Origin: Eledone cirrhosa
Lineage: Eukaryota
Assembly (NCBI GenBank): GCA_964016885.1
Contig: OZ024741.1
Span: 357,182,001 to 357,246,000 of the forward strand
DNA: 64,000 nucleotides
Direction: 5' to 3'
Shown: positions 51,701-60,869 of the stretch, in pieces
Numbering within the stretch: the first letter of the stretch is position 1
Layout of the letters: every line of letters begins with the position of its first letter
Made by a program: the position numbers and the translations under genes
The notes under the pieces: model-generated
Databases searched by the model: none
Told to the model about the DNA's origin: nothing
What the model saw: the letters and a program-made list of their open reading frames with translations, nothing else

Positions 51701-52265
51701 AATATCAGGGATAGATTTGGAAGAAGAAACACAGAGAGCTCGAGGAATTTCCAAAAGGGAAATAATGACAAGCTCAGAAGAGGAAGAGAGTGCTCAAAAT
51801 GATCCCATAACAGCAATAGAAGAAAAAGAAACAATGAAAGAGCCAAGTCTTTCCAGGAAAGAAACAGAAGAGACAGTGGAGGACCAAAAAGATTTCAGTA
51901 TAGGAATAAGTAAAAACCTTAGCAATCTTAAAATTGGTTCTAAACTTCTAGAATCTTACTCCATCAATAACTATGAGACAGTGACACCTCTCAGGAAAAG
52001 CTCAGAAAGAATTGAGTCATCATTTGAAACTAACCAAATGTCAAGATCTAAACATAAATTATACAATGATAAACTTACCAACTTTCAGCTTCAATTATCT
52101 CATTCCTTGTATCACTATGACAATAGATATGACAACTTTTCAGATACTTTTATTCGACAAGTGTCAAAAGCTAGGACATATACTGAAAGCAATAAGATCA
52201 GTCGACTGGGTTCAAGTAAGCTTGCAGTTGTGCCACCAATAGAGCCAGAGCAATCTTTAGTCTAA
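20175..52265 (+). CDS. LRGUK: Leucine-rich repeat and guanylate kinase domain-containing protein; 16 coding exons, ~823 aa
   Basis: Exons 20175-20330, 23832-23945, 24860-24941, 26465-26647, 30341-30465, 31911-31964, 32673-32762, 33253-33420, 34900-35006, 36428-36547, 39245-39341, 41236-41349, 47880-48081, 48709-48866, 50287-50372, 51650-52265. All introns are GT-AG, phases are consistent, total 2472 nt; SDS22-like LRRs precede a GK-like domain (VGPEGSGKG, ETTR..YPGE..RDFNF). Confidence 0.9.
20820..23765 (-). mobile_element. Decayed Ty3/Gypsy LTR retrotransposon internal region in LRGUK intron 1
   Basis: Integrase remnant (FDVNGQQFLLVADQY, DNATYFVSIEFHNFAREWEFEHIISS); RNase H-integrase linker (IQDGLVIKGECIVI); purine tract near 20820-20840; interrupted by SINEs. 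Confidence 0.85.
23832..23945 (+). CDS. LRGUK: LRGUK exon 2
   Basis: ttttgcag|IPKNDQ..FYGI|gtaaat; open, phase 0-0. Confidence 0.75.
24494..24701. mobile_element. piggyBac-type TTAA MITE (~210 bp); other copies at 30908-31134, 31139-31282, 35485-35695 and 54506-54724, partial at ~46570-46745
   Basis: TTAA|CCCTTTAGCATTTA ... TAAATGCTAAAGGG|TTAA. Confidence 0.88.
24860..24941 (+). CDS. LRGUK: LRGUK exon 3 (LRR)
   Basis: NLGLENIEALKAYRYLQKVDISNNGIS; tag|..|gtaaga. Confidence 0.9.
26465..26647 (+). CDS. LRGUK: LRGUK exon 4 (LRRs)
   Basis: LSPLINLEHLIILNASNNAI..KHADFSRNSITEI..LTTLYLD|gtatcctt. Confidence 0.92.
27015..28946 (+). mobile_element. 5'-truncated RTE-clade LINE inside the U12 intron
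   Basis: DLEKAFD, GVHQGSVLSPLLF, LLYADDL, ORF 27706-28548, (GAT)n tail; paralog of 3186-5322. Confidence 0.95.
29520..29975 (-). mobile_element. LINE 3' fragment (RTE-group); related fragment at 40400-40860
   Basis: FDNRALRTI, MRWYGHV, RPCTRWLDVIREDL. Confidence 0.75.
30341..30465 (+). CDS. LRGUK: LRGUK exon 5 (LRRs)
   Basis: NQITTIEGLIECERLHSLSLAYNYISRIENLEFLPLQYLNL|gtaatg. Confidence 0.93.
31400..31610. repeat. AT-rich minisatellite, ~27-30-bp unit (aaaatatttttact..taaagtgcac)
   Basis: About 7 imperfect tandem copies read directly. Confidence 0.85.
31911..31964 (+). CDS. LRGUK: LRGUK exon 6
   Basis: cag|SHNILTQIENLDTLSNLR|gtaagc. Confidence 0.9.
32673..32762 (+). CDS. LRGUK: LRGUK exon 7
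   Basis: cag|EVNLSSNSISSLNGLQGHHVLEVINVNDNE|gtaaac. Confidence 0.92.
33253..33420 (+). CDS. LRGUK: LRGUK exon 8 (last LRR and LRR cap)
   Basis: cag|IESIEEIL..ILENPI..LLELNGSPVSIHDK|gtaagt. Confidence 0.92.
34900..35006 (+). CDS. LRGUK: LRGUK exon 9
   Basis: cag|VEAINMFSPSLEVITNHNHMTH..|gtaagt. Confidence 0.9.
36428..36547 (+). CDS. LRGUK: LRGUK exon 10 (GK-like domain P-loop)
   Basis: YPILALVGPEGSGKGLLAMRLAEDFPEHLGYG|gtaagt. Confidence 0.93.
38600..39120 (-). mobile_element. C-terminal REL endonuclease remnant of a CRE/NeSL-like non-LTR retrotransposon
   Basis: GKRPESMTIF, DVTC, KLSKY..VAVETSGVLGP..LLQCVSLTILQGN. Confidence 0.7.
39245..39341 (+). CDS. LRGUK: LRGUK exon 11
   Basis: cag|IIETTRIIYPGEVHNRDFNFNTVDNFMENVAN|gtaagt. 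Confidence 0.9.
41236..41349 (+). CDS. LRGUK: LRGUK exon 12
   Basis: tag|GEYVVTSKYLGDYFGLKRATLENLAENRKACITHMRLE|gtatgt. Confidence 0.92.
41420..42410 (-). mobile_element. R4/Dong-like non-LTR retrotransposon remnant
   Basis: Minus strand YKRCCDKVCLHLHWSLCKKY and LENTRPDITLV (REL-nuclease motifs). Confidence 0.6.
42733..42763 (+). ncRNA. Truncated hammerhead motif (same family as 60328-60374)
   Basis: CTGATGA-TTTC(TTAC)GAAT-GAAA-CAG; the 3' half of stem III is missing. Confidence 0.45.
42781..43440 (-). mobile_element. RTE LINE 3' fragment
   Basis: FCYLGNII..GGCSES, VKKC..VEG..RKTWEEVVRADL, (GAT)n tail. Confidence 0.85.
44060..46300 (-). mobile_element. Decayed RTE-X/Expander-like LINE (endonuclease to 3' end), with an extra 3'-end fragment
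   Basis: RSIIDFVIASD, LSTDHHLVICNL, NYKGISLLSL; homologous to 13600-14915. Confidence 0.8.
47880..48081 (+). CDS. LRGUK: LRGUK exon 13
   Basis: aag|SMVCLQNTVPMPQFIL..GIYSETEI..YNQNHPGAFCYVIPT|gtaata. Confidence 0.88.
48709..48866 (+). CDS. LRGUK: LRGUK exon 14
   Basis: cag|SLEIAHKKLQDFIRQWI..RGYV|gtaagt; donor chosen by phase. Confidence 0.8.
50287..50372 (+). CDS. LRGUK: LRGUK exon 15
   Basis: aag|EEESVRRRQLDAQQIVKAMIPSIYDQIE|gtaaat. Confidence 0.8.
50472..50910 (-). mobile_element. Tc1/mariner transposon remnant (terminus and transposase C-terminus)
   Basis: TA|CAGGG terminus; minus strand WPARSPDLMPCDFF. Confidence 0.75.
51650..52265 (+). CDS. LRGUK: LRGUK terminal exon (low-complexity E/S/K tail)
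   Basis: tttcag acceptor in the correct phase; open to TAA; AATAAA at 52300 and 52354. Confidence 0.85.
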
Positions 52266-52299
52266 TGTAAAATGGCATTAAGAAAAGGTAATTCCTCAG

Positions 52300-52359
52300 A
52301 ATAAATTCTAATCAATCAAAAGCTTTTATATTTTCAATGTAAACACCATTGGCAATAAA
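52300..52359 (+). terminator. Candidate polyadenylation signals of LRGUK
   Basis: AATAAA at 52300-52305 and 52354-52359, downstream of the stop. Confidence 0.5.
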
Positions 52360-54880
52360 TGTGATTTAAAGTGTTATCTTCATCAATCAACCATAATAAT
52401 ATGCCATGTATGTTTGTGTATTTCTATATATCTCTATCTGTAACTCTTTTAAAATTTATACACACTGCATTTCCTATATCAGTCATGTTGCTACAATAAG
52501 AAATTCATTTTCTGATCACAAGGTCCTGAGTTCTAACCCTGCATTTGTACATACTGAACATTTATGCAATTATATCCTAGAAATAAATTATTAAAATATC
52601 ATTTTTATCTTTAATCACTTCCACATGTCAGTAACCAACATAAACTATTGGGCTTCTCTTATGCGAACCATTAATTTATCAAAATGCAAATTCCCCAGTT
52701 AGATGATAGTTCATATATCCAGTGATCCTGATATAGATAGCATATCAATTTTGAAATCCAAAAATTAAATTCATTCAATGCTATTGCCATCATTATTAAT
52801 GACACTGGTTCACTAGTCTTTATAATGAAAAATATAATCAGCAGAATTAGCCAAACCAGCAACGTTGATAATATATACTCCTAGTTCAGGCCCGGCTGAA
52901 CAGACCTATAATCAAAAGCAATCCAGCTGTGACCATCCTGTATTTTTGTATAACATAGTTCTATGTCTTTCTTTATTTAACACTTTCATTACTATATTTC
53001 TAATGAAAGACATTGCCAATGATTTTTATTTAATTTAAAAAAAAAAAATTAAAAAAAAGGTAGGGGATTAAGTAATAGAACTAGTTTTCTTGTTATTTAT
53101 CTGGTCTTCAGACAAAGGTTTTTATGTAAAATTATGATGAAATTTTTTTAGATAAATATAAACACTTTAAAACAAATATATTTTCATCACTGAAAGAGGT
53201 GGTATCAAAATAGTTAAGACAGTGGGAATGTGATTTAAAGGTTACTTAACTATTAGAGTGAAGACTTTATTTCAATTACATTATATGTTTGCAATAAAAA
53301 AAAAGAGGAAGAGGGGGTGAGCTCAACCGTGCCCCATGGACAAAATGGTGAAAGCATTGAAGCTGAGAATATCTAGTGACACCTGCTGCATCAGCCGCTC
53401 TACTTTATAGGGGCTCCTTCCTCAGACGAGATGCACTCCTCCTAATTTTGCAGAGGAAATGGCCATTTTGGGACCAAGGACACTGGAGATCTTGATAGCA
53501 ACAAACATGAAAAGGAAGCGATTGGTTAAGTCCCTGTATTAGGATATCTTCTACTTCTCCTGTGTAATGGATTGTAGTGCACTGGTTTGGGGCTAAAGTG
53601 ACAAGGTTGGAGGTGGAGAACATGGCATCCCAGATTAGAGATTACCACCCTCCTCTGCCTTTAAATGGGAAAGGGTTATCCCACCTGGGTGTTTGCCATC
53701 ATGACAGTCCAGGCCAGCAAGCTCTAGTTGTGAATGAAAACCAGCTGCACTATTCATAGCAGATCAAGTGACAGTATAGAGGTGTTTTCAGCAATGGTCT
53801 GCATTGGTAAGAGTCAATATGATAATAATCCACTGATCTTTCCATTACTGATACTATCTCAGTTGTAATTCCTGGCAGAAGCATCATCACTTGAACTCAA
53901 AATGCACAGAGCTGGGACCAATACTGCAAAACATCCAGGTCAACACTTTAACAATTCTGCTAATCCATTGCTTCTGCTGGATTGGTACTTTATTTATTGA
54001 CAGAGAGAGGATAAAAGGCAAAGTTGATCTCAATGGGATTTGAACCGGGAGTGTAGTGAGAACATATGTCACAAGGCATTTAATACGACAATCTAATGTA
54101 CAGAACTGGAACAGATGCTAACAATTCTACCAATCCACCATATCCTGACTGGTTGTATTATTTAGTGACCCTGAATAAATAAAATTAGAGTGCAGAGAGC
54201 CAGAAGAAACAGAATCTAACAAGTCTATCAATTTGCTATTAGAAAATAAAATCTAGTGCCTTTCTTCAGTTCTTGTACTTTTATAAGACTATTATAATAA
54301 TTATTAAAACCCTGTAATGCAGCATATAAAAGCTTATGTAACATTTTATCTAAAAACCTTTAAGTTATGGTTTAAACACCAAGTCATTAAAGAGAAGGTT
54401 AGTTCTATTACTAAATCCCTCTAAATTTTTTGAATTATGATCAAAATTTGAAAATTATAAGCAGTGTATTTCATTAGAAATATGGCAATGAATCTAATAT
54501 TCTAACCCTTTAGCATTTACTTTACTCTATATTTACTATTTTATTTTCATGGTAAAGGCTTTATCTTAATAATTATCTCACATAATATTGAATCTATGAG
54601 ATTTTGATATTACATATTTTGAGAACAATACCTTAACATCAGTATGAGAATACCTTAACATCAGTTTGAACAGAAAGAGGTGAGAGAATTTTGGCTGGAT
54701 ATGGCCGGTTTAAATGCTAAAGGGTTAAAAATAAAAGAAACAATAACATAATTATTTTATATCAGAATTCTTTTGGAATATGTTTCAAACAGAAACAAAA
54801 AGAAATGTTAGCAAATTTATATAAAACATATTTTGAAACCATTTCAATAAATCTATAGAAACTATTTAAAGAGTATTCTT

Positions 54881-57157
54881 TCAAAGAAAAATTTTTTTTC
54901 TCTGTTTTAAAACAAATGTGTCAATAATAATTTCAAATAGTTCAGTGTGTTGTGGTTTATGATTCCTATGACGAGGATGCTTACCAATAAAGTTAGATGC
55001 AAAAGTATTATCATTTACTGAGTTTATACTTTGTTCAACAATATCAGATACAAGTTCCTGACTATGAGTAACACACTGCTCTGACATTACATAATCTCCT
55101 TTCTTTGACATAGTCCAAACATGTGAATTAACCCTAACATCAACAACATTTTTAGCCCTTTTACCATTTTTAAGGCTATCTTGTGAGTACTGGCAAATGG
55201 GTGAGAGATGGTGTTTCTTTGTAAAAACATTATTTTTACCTATATTTTCATTTACCACACTTGCTATATTTACAGGATATATTGTTGAAGTAGAATTGTT
55301 GGATATTGAACAGCCATCCTCTATAGATTCTTCTGAATCACTTACTCTCTCATTGTTAATATTTTCAGTTAATTGATCAGCTCCTGTTTCAGGGAGAAGC
55401 TTTTCAGTTTCTTTGTCTATTTGATTTAATTCAATGTTTGATATAATTTTATTTAAATCTGTCGTTTTTTGTAACGGCTTTCTGCAGTTTACAGTATTTT
55501 TTGATGTTTTTGAGGGTACCTCAGATGGTTTATAACACTTTTTATTTGTACTGCAATTACTTTCAATCAAATTTGGATAACAATATGAGTGATCATTTTT
55601 CTCGCTAATATTAAAAGGTCGTTGACATTGATTTTCAAATGGCGAAACTCTTTCAGCAGAACTTTCTTTTGAAGTGTCTGAATTCTTTTCCATGCATGCA
55701 TTTTCATTACCATTTTTAGTTGGAATCACAATAGCTGAAATTCCTGTTATTGTATTTTGTACAATAGAATACTCTTCAGCTACATTATTTGAGGAAGGTG
55801 TTTGTAAACATTCTACACTGTTATCCTGACTGTCAGTTTTAGGGCTTTCTGGAACTGATGTAATATTGGAATATTTTTCCTCACTTATTTTTGGCTCAGA
55901 GCATCTGTCTTCCTCTGTTGTACTCTCTGGAACTGATGTAATATTGGAATTTTGGGGCTCAGAGCGTCTGTTTTCATTTGGGGCTTTTGAGGATGAGGAT
56001 TTTACAGGAGATTCAAAAACAACTCCTTTTGGAACAGAAGGTCTTTGGAAAGATCTTTTTTTTTTTTTACCAGTTGATAATAGACAATTATTTGGATTAA
56101 CTGCTAAAGATGGGATAGGCGTTTTAAGATAATTTGGCATGGTATATTTTTTTATGGGACTTCTAGAAAGGTATTGATTAAAATTACTCATATCTGCACG
56201 ATGGGCGAGTGAAACATTGAATGGCCCTTTTACATTTGTACTAACAATTGGAATTATTTGCTTGGGATGAAGTTTTTGAATAAATTCTACAAGCTCTGAA
56301 TAAGAGGAATGATCTGAATATGGTACTACAAAAACATTATTTTGATTGCAATATGGAGTCCCATCAAGTCCTTCATAAAGTGCTGTAGGAAGTATGGCAA
56401 TAGCTTGTTTTGGCAAATTGTTCATAAACTTCTGATTTATCAGATAAAAGGGAACAACTCGTATTCGGCAATTGTGCTCTCTAGTATCGACTTCAAATAC
56501 ATCAGGGGTTTCAATAAGTTCAAAATATTCAAACATTATCTGAGGCACACCAATATATTCTTGAAAATGTTTTGCAACTTCAACAAGCAAATCTGGCTTA
56601 CCGAGATTGGTCATACCAAAAATGATATCATGTGCTGGATGATAACTGATCAATTCAATGATCATTCTTTTTGCTTGAGTACGTGTTTGGAAGTCACACT
56701 TTGGATCACAAAAAGTATTATCAAGATATAGTGTATCGATACTACAACCAAGTGAAGATAAATAGGAGTCAGTTATCATCTTGGGATCATATCGAAAGTC
56801 ACCAGTATAAAGCATGCAACCAAAATAACCTTGAAATAATAACATAACTGCACCAGGGCAATGATTGGCATCAATAGCTACAACAGTGATCGTTTCAGAA
56901 TATGCTGAATCTAGAGGAACTAAAACAGGAGTGCTCAACTCCAAAGGGCGAATTAATTCTTTAGAAACATCAAATTTCTTACAAATAAGCTCTCCTGTCA
57001 ATTTAGAACAGTAGATTGGGTAGTTCCAAGAAGACGTAAGGCCAACAGTGTGGTCAGAGTGAAAGTGCGTCAGGAAAAATAATTTAGCACCTGAACATTT
57101 ACGAATCTGCCAGAAATCCACTGCAATTGGTGTACCTCGAATCAGATGACCATTCAT
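54881..57157 (-). CDS. DCLRE1B: 5' exonuclease Apollo / SNM1B (metallo-beta-lactamase + beta-CASP), 758 aa, single coding exon
   Basis: MNG.LI.GTPIAVDFW start; FFLTHFHSDHTVGL (HxHxDH); DANHCPGAVMLLF; LYTGDFR; LYLDNT; VPYSDHSSYSEL. Confidence 0.95.
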   Translation of the reverse strand: MNGHLIRGTPIAVDFWQIRKCSGAKLFFLTHFHSDHTVGLTSSWNYPIYCSKLTGELICKKFDVSKELIRPLELSTPVLVPLDSAYSETITVVAIDANHCPGAVMLLFQGYFGCMLYTGDFRYDPKMITDSYLSSLGCSIDTLYLDNTFCDPKCDFQTRTQAKRMIIELISYHPAHDIIFGMTNLGKPDLLVEVAKHFQEYIGVPQIMFEYFELIETPDVFEVDTREHNCRIRVVPFYLINQKFMNNLPKQAIAILPTALYEGLDGTPYCNQNNVFVVPYSDHSSYSELVEFIQKLHPKQIIPIVSTNVKGPFNVSLAHRADMSNFNQYLSRSPIKKYTMPNYLKTPIPSLAVNPNNCLLSTGKKKKRSFQRPSVPKGVVFESPVKSSSSKAPNENRRSEPQNSNITSVPESTTEEDRCSEPKISEEKYSNITSVPESPKTDSQDNSVECLQTPSSNNVAEEYSIVQNTITGISAIVIPTKNGNENACMEKNSDTSKESSAERVSPFENQCQRPFNISEKNDHSYCYPNLIESNCSTNKKCYKPSEVPSKTSKNTVNCRKPLQKTTDLNKIISNIELNQIDKETEKLLPETGADQLTENINNERVSDSEESIEDGCSISNNSTSTIYPVNIASVVNENIGKNNVFTKKHHLSPICQYSQDSLKNGKRAKNVVDVRVNSHVWTMSKKGDYVMSEQCVTHSQELVSDIVEQSINSVNDNTFASNFIGKHPRHRNHKPQHTELFEIIIDTFVLKQRKKIFL

Positions 57158-57377
57158 TATAGCTTCATATAAATAGGCTGAAATTAGAAGAAAATATATA
57201 AAGAAATATTTAAATATATAGTAGGAACTAATTTACATTTAAAGAGAAGAAAACATCAGGATTCATGTTCCCTATCATACAATATCAACAACAAAAAACA
57301 GAACACTTCTCATAACTACAGCCATTGCTTACAATCGTGTATGATTTGGAAGTATAGTTCAAACACAAAAGTTTCTC

Positions 57378-58220
57378 TCTAAAAATGAAAGGCAGATTGT
57401 ATCATGCCTGTATACGAACAGCAATGTTATATGGGCATTGTGTGCAGAGGACCTACGCAGACTGGAATGGAACGAAGCATGCATGCTCCATTGGATGTGT
57501 AATAGTAATATACGCGAATGGCAAAACATAAATGAATTAAGTAAGAAATTAGGAATAACAGGGATCAGATGATGTTTAGTTGAGAGAAGACTATGTTGGT
57601 ATGGTCACGTGATGCGCATGAAAGACGACAGCTGTATAAAAAAGTGCAGGGCGATCAAAATTGATGGAAGTTACGGAGTAGGTAGACCCAGAAAAACCTG
57701 GAACGATTTGATTAATTCTGACCTTACACACTTGCACCTCTCCAAGACAATGTCACTGGACCGAGATCTTTGGCGCCACACAGTAATACAGAAGACCCGC
57801 CTTGCCTATGTACAAAGCGAAACCTACAGTCAGTAGGCACCTCTTAACCAAATATACACCCCAACAAACTACCCCTACTCCATCCTCCCACTCCCACCAA
57901 CACCACCCTTTGTCTGTAAAGTTATGTTGGTACCACAACATCCAGTTCAAACTAATGAGATAGAGATCGAGATCGTGTAGGTGTCACAACAAAAAAAACA
58001 TACAGTCCACGCTAGCGCTAGTGACATGACAGGAAACCCCAGTCCACCCTGTATAGAGGTTGTGCTGGTAACAACAAAAAGGGGCCCAGTCCACTTTGTA
58101 AGGTGGTCGTGCTGGTGATAGAAAAATAAGCACCCAATCCACCCGGTAAAATGGTCACACTGTTGACATGACAAAAAACGCCCAGTCCACCTTGTTAGAT
58201 GGTTGTTTTGGTGCCACATG
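57378..58220 (+). mobile_element. RTE LINE 3' fragment with expanded ~40-bp 3' UTR subrepeats
   Basis: Close match to 4470-5110. Confidence 0.88.
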
Positions 58221-58319
58221 ATGGGAAAAAGATCTCAAAGACTTTTTTCAAAACCAGTTCAAAAATGTGATACCAGCCACAAAAGGGATTTTTTCAGAGC
58301 TGATTCAAATTTTCATATC

Positions 58320-59200
58320 AGCTCCTTGGTGCATGTCAGTGTCATTGGCAGTGGTATTGAAGGGCATACCAATTATCCTCAATTTTGAGTCGTTGAATTT
58401 CCTTCAAATTAACTTCAGTGATTTGTTGTCTGGTTCCATCTCTTGTATTAAGAACACTTAAGAGCTCCTCCTTTCCTTTTCCTGTAATTAAAACTGTAAT
58501 CCAATCTTCAATTAGGAATAATTCTCCATCCCAGTGGAGGACTAGCCAGGATCATCTCACAGTGACTCGTTCTTTCTCAATAAACAGTTGAGGAGTAAAC
58601 CAAGAGTTGAGACATCTTTACAATTGTGATATAAGAAATACTTGCTTGTCATACCGATAGTTTCTCCCGTTCCCATGTGGCAACAAGAGTGGCATCGAGA
58701 GTCAGCTTTATTCACGGTGATTTTCAGTGTGGTGCTGACTTGAAGACTTCTTCATCATCATCTTTAATAACTGGGCTGGATGACAAACTTTCAAGAGTGA
58801 CTTTTTCAGACTTCTTCATCCTGCTTTCTCTTCTTACTTTCATATCGTGAATCTTCTTTTCCTTCTTCTAAATGGCTCTCACATGTTCTGCATCAACACC
58901 AGTCATGAATGAAGACATCCAATTTTCCTACAGTGTTTTAAGGAAAGCTTTGTCATCAGATGGGACACCCTTTTGTTCAAGAATATCCTGGCTTGTACTA
59001 TCAAAAATTTCCTCAACATCACCTTTCCAAATCTTATGCTTTGCAATTATTTTGTCAGTTATCCTTGATTTTTCTTTTTTCCATCCTTAATTCTCAATAT
59101 ACAATTTTTCGAAGTGCAGATGTTTTTTTTTCTGTTTTGGTAGGCTATTTGCTTTATCCCACACTTCCTGAATCTTCTGATTCATGTTATTTACAATGCA
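58320..59200 (-). pseudogene. Decayed hATm-like DNA transposase
   Basis: Minus-strand translation with stops/frameshifts: IQEVWDKA, DDKAFL, VLHWDGELF, VLITGKGKEELLSV..DGT, IGMPFNTTANDT..QG (cf. LHWDGK / GMCFDTTASNTG). Confidence 0.7.
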
Positions 59201-59229
59201 GAGCTCATCCAGTCTGTATAAGCCACCAA

Positions 59230-60290
59230 TATTGGCCATGAGAATTTGACACTTGCAGAAAGTAAGCTGTACCTTGAGAATTGATCAGATTGATCATGAG
59301 AGAGTTGTAAGTGTCTCTCAAATGTAAGTTGTTCCCAGACTCTCTGCTTCAATCTATCCTGCTCTACATCAGAAACTGACAAACCGAATCCCTCTTGGAG
59401 CGAGTCCATTTTGGAAAGGAGAGGAGTCATGGGACTGTGGAGAAAGTTTGATATATACCAAGCATTTGATTTTACCAAAGATTAGTTTGTCAAAATATTA
59501 CAGAAATGACGAGAATTTATATGAGGGACTGACTCTGAGCAAATACAATATCTAAGGAATCAATTGGTAATTCCTACGTATAAAAAAAAAACCTTCATTA
59601 AGCTCAATAGCATCAATGTTTTTGAGTAATTGCATGAGGTTTAACATCTTGGAGAGAAAGGTGGACTTGCAAGCTAGATCAGTAATAGGGACTCCAAGGG
59701 AACACATTGTTGATGAGGGAGGGAAAACAATGAAGGAGAAGGATACAGTAAACAATCAGCTGATGTTGTGAAGCTGGATGGTTGAGGATCCAAGCCTCAT
59801 CAAGACACTGAAACTGAGGTCAGCCCCTATCTTACTAACATTATCAACACCCAGTGCAAATAGAGCATAGGACAAATTGGTCACCAAAGGAGAAATATGA
59901 GGGCTCCTGATAAGCTTGCCAAGCAAAGAGTTTGATGAACTTCAATTTGGATAAACCCTACAAGGCAGTGGCAGAAACTGGTCTCTGGAAGTATGTCAGA
60001 GGTGAAGAAGTATTGGTTACAAAACTAGTTTGGAATACTTTCGGCTTGAACCTTAATTATGCCCAAACATAGTAGCTACAGCAGCTGAAGTGACATTTGA
60101 TAGATTTTAAAAAGCAACATCTTGTATGGACACAGGACACAATTGGGTAGCAGATTGGGGACAGTAACCAGCTTGAAACAAGATACTGATTAAGTAGAGT
60201 CGGACAAGTAACACCAACATAAGAATTCAGAGGATTTGGCCGTGGAGGAAGACTGGGTGAGCTTGTCACATTTATCATTAAAAAGATTTA
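59230..60290 (-). mobile_element. Decayed CRE-like non-LTR retrotransposon RT region
   Basis: AYQEPSYFSFGD, PMLFALGVD, SLGVPI..LLKNIDA..FFFIR, GFGL remnants. Confidence 0.55.
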
Positions 60291-60327
60291 CAGTTGTGGC
60301 ATTTACTACATGACCTGACTATATATA

Positions 60328-60374
60328 TTTCCTGATGATTTCCTTCGAACGAAACAGTTCTAGTCCTGTAGAAG
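60328..60374 (+). ncRNA. Type I hammerhead ribozyme motif
   Basis: tttc-CTGATGA-T-TTC(CTTC)GAA-C-GAAA-CAG(ttctagtc)CTG-TA-gaag; stems I, II and III pair; GUA triplet; lies between TA tracts. Confidence 0.7.
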
Positions 60375-60647
60375 CCATTTCTATATTAAATTGTTATATA
60401 TATATATATATATATATATACGCATGTTTTATTTTAGCGTTTTTCCTAATAAAATGCATAATTGTATATATGAAGTGTATAAATTTAGGGGGCTTTTTTT
60501 TTTAACTACAAGATAAAACGTAGGGCGAAATTGTGGTTGGAAAGTAAACTTATTGTAGCAATATGATTGAGATAGGAAATGCATTGTGTAAACTTTAAAG
60601 AATTGCAGATAGATATAGATACACACACACACACACATATATATATC

Positions 60648-60865
60648 ATCATCAATATCTCCGTTTAACGTCCATTTTTCCACGCTGGCATGGGTTAGAC
60701 GAGTTATCTTATTGTGAGCAATGCTAGGTCAGGTGACAATATTTTGCTCGTACAGAACCGATTTAGGCTTGCTTTCTACAGCTGGTTTCTTTTTGCCGTG
60801 ATGTCTACATGACCACTTTACAATGTGGGCTGGGCGCTATTTTGTCGTGTCGCCATCACCACCAC
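60648..60865 (-). mobile_element. RTE-type 3' tail fragment
   Basis: Reverse complement of ~28680-28946. Confidence 0.75.
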
Positions 60866-60869
60866 TTTA

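Noticed and set aside
56115-56135. YLKTP in Apollo as a TRF2-binding motif
   Set aside because: Does not fit YxLxP (K at the L position) and is not near the C-terminus
55866-56731. Plus-strand ORFs overlapping DCLRE1B; similar antisense ORFs over the LINE RTs
   Set aside because: Antisense shadows of real coding sequence
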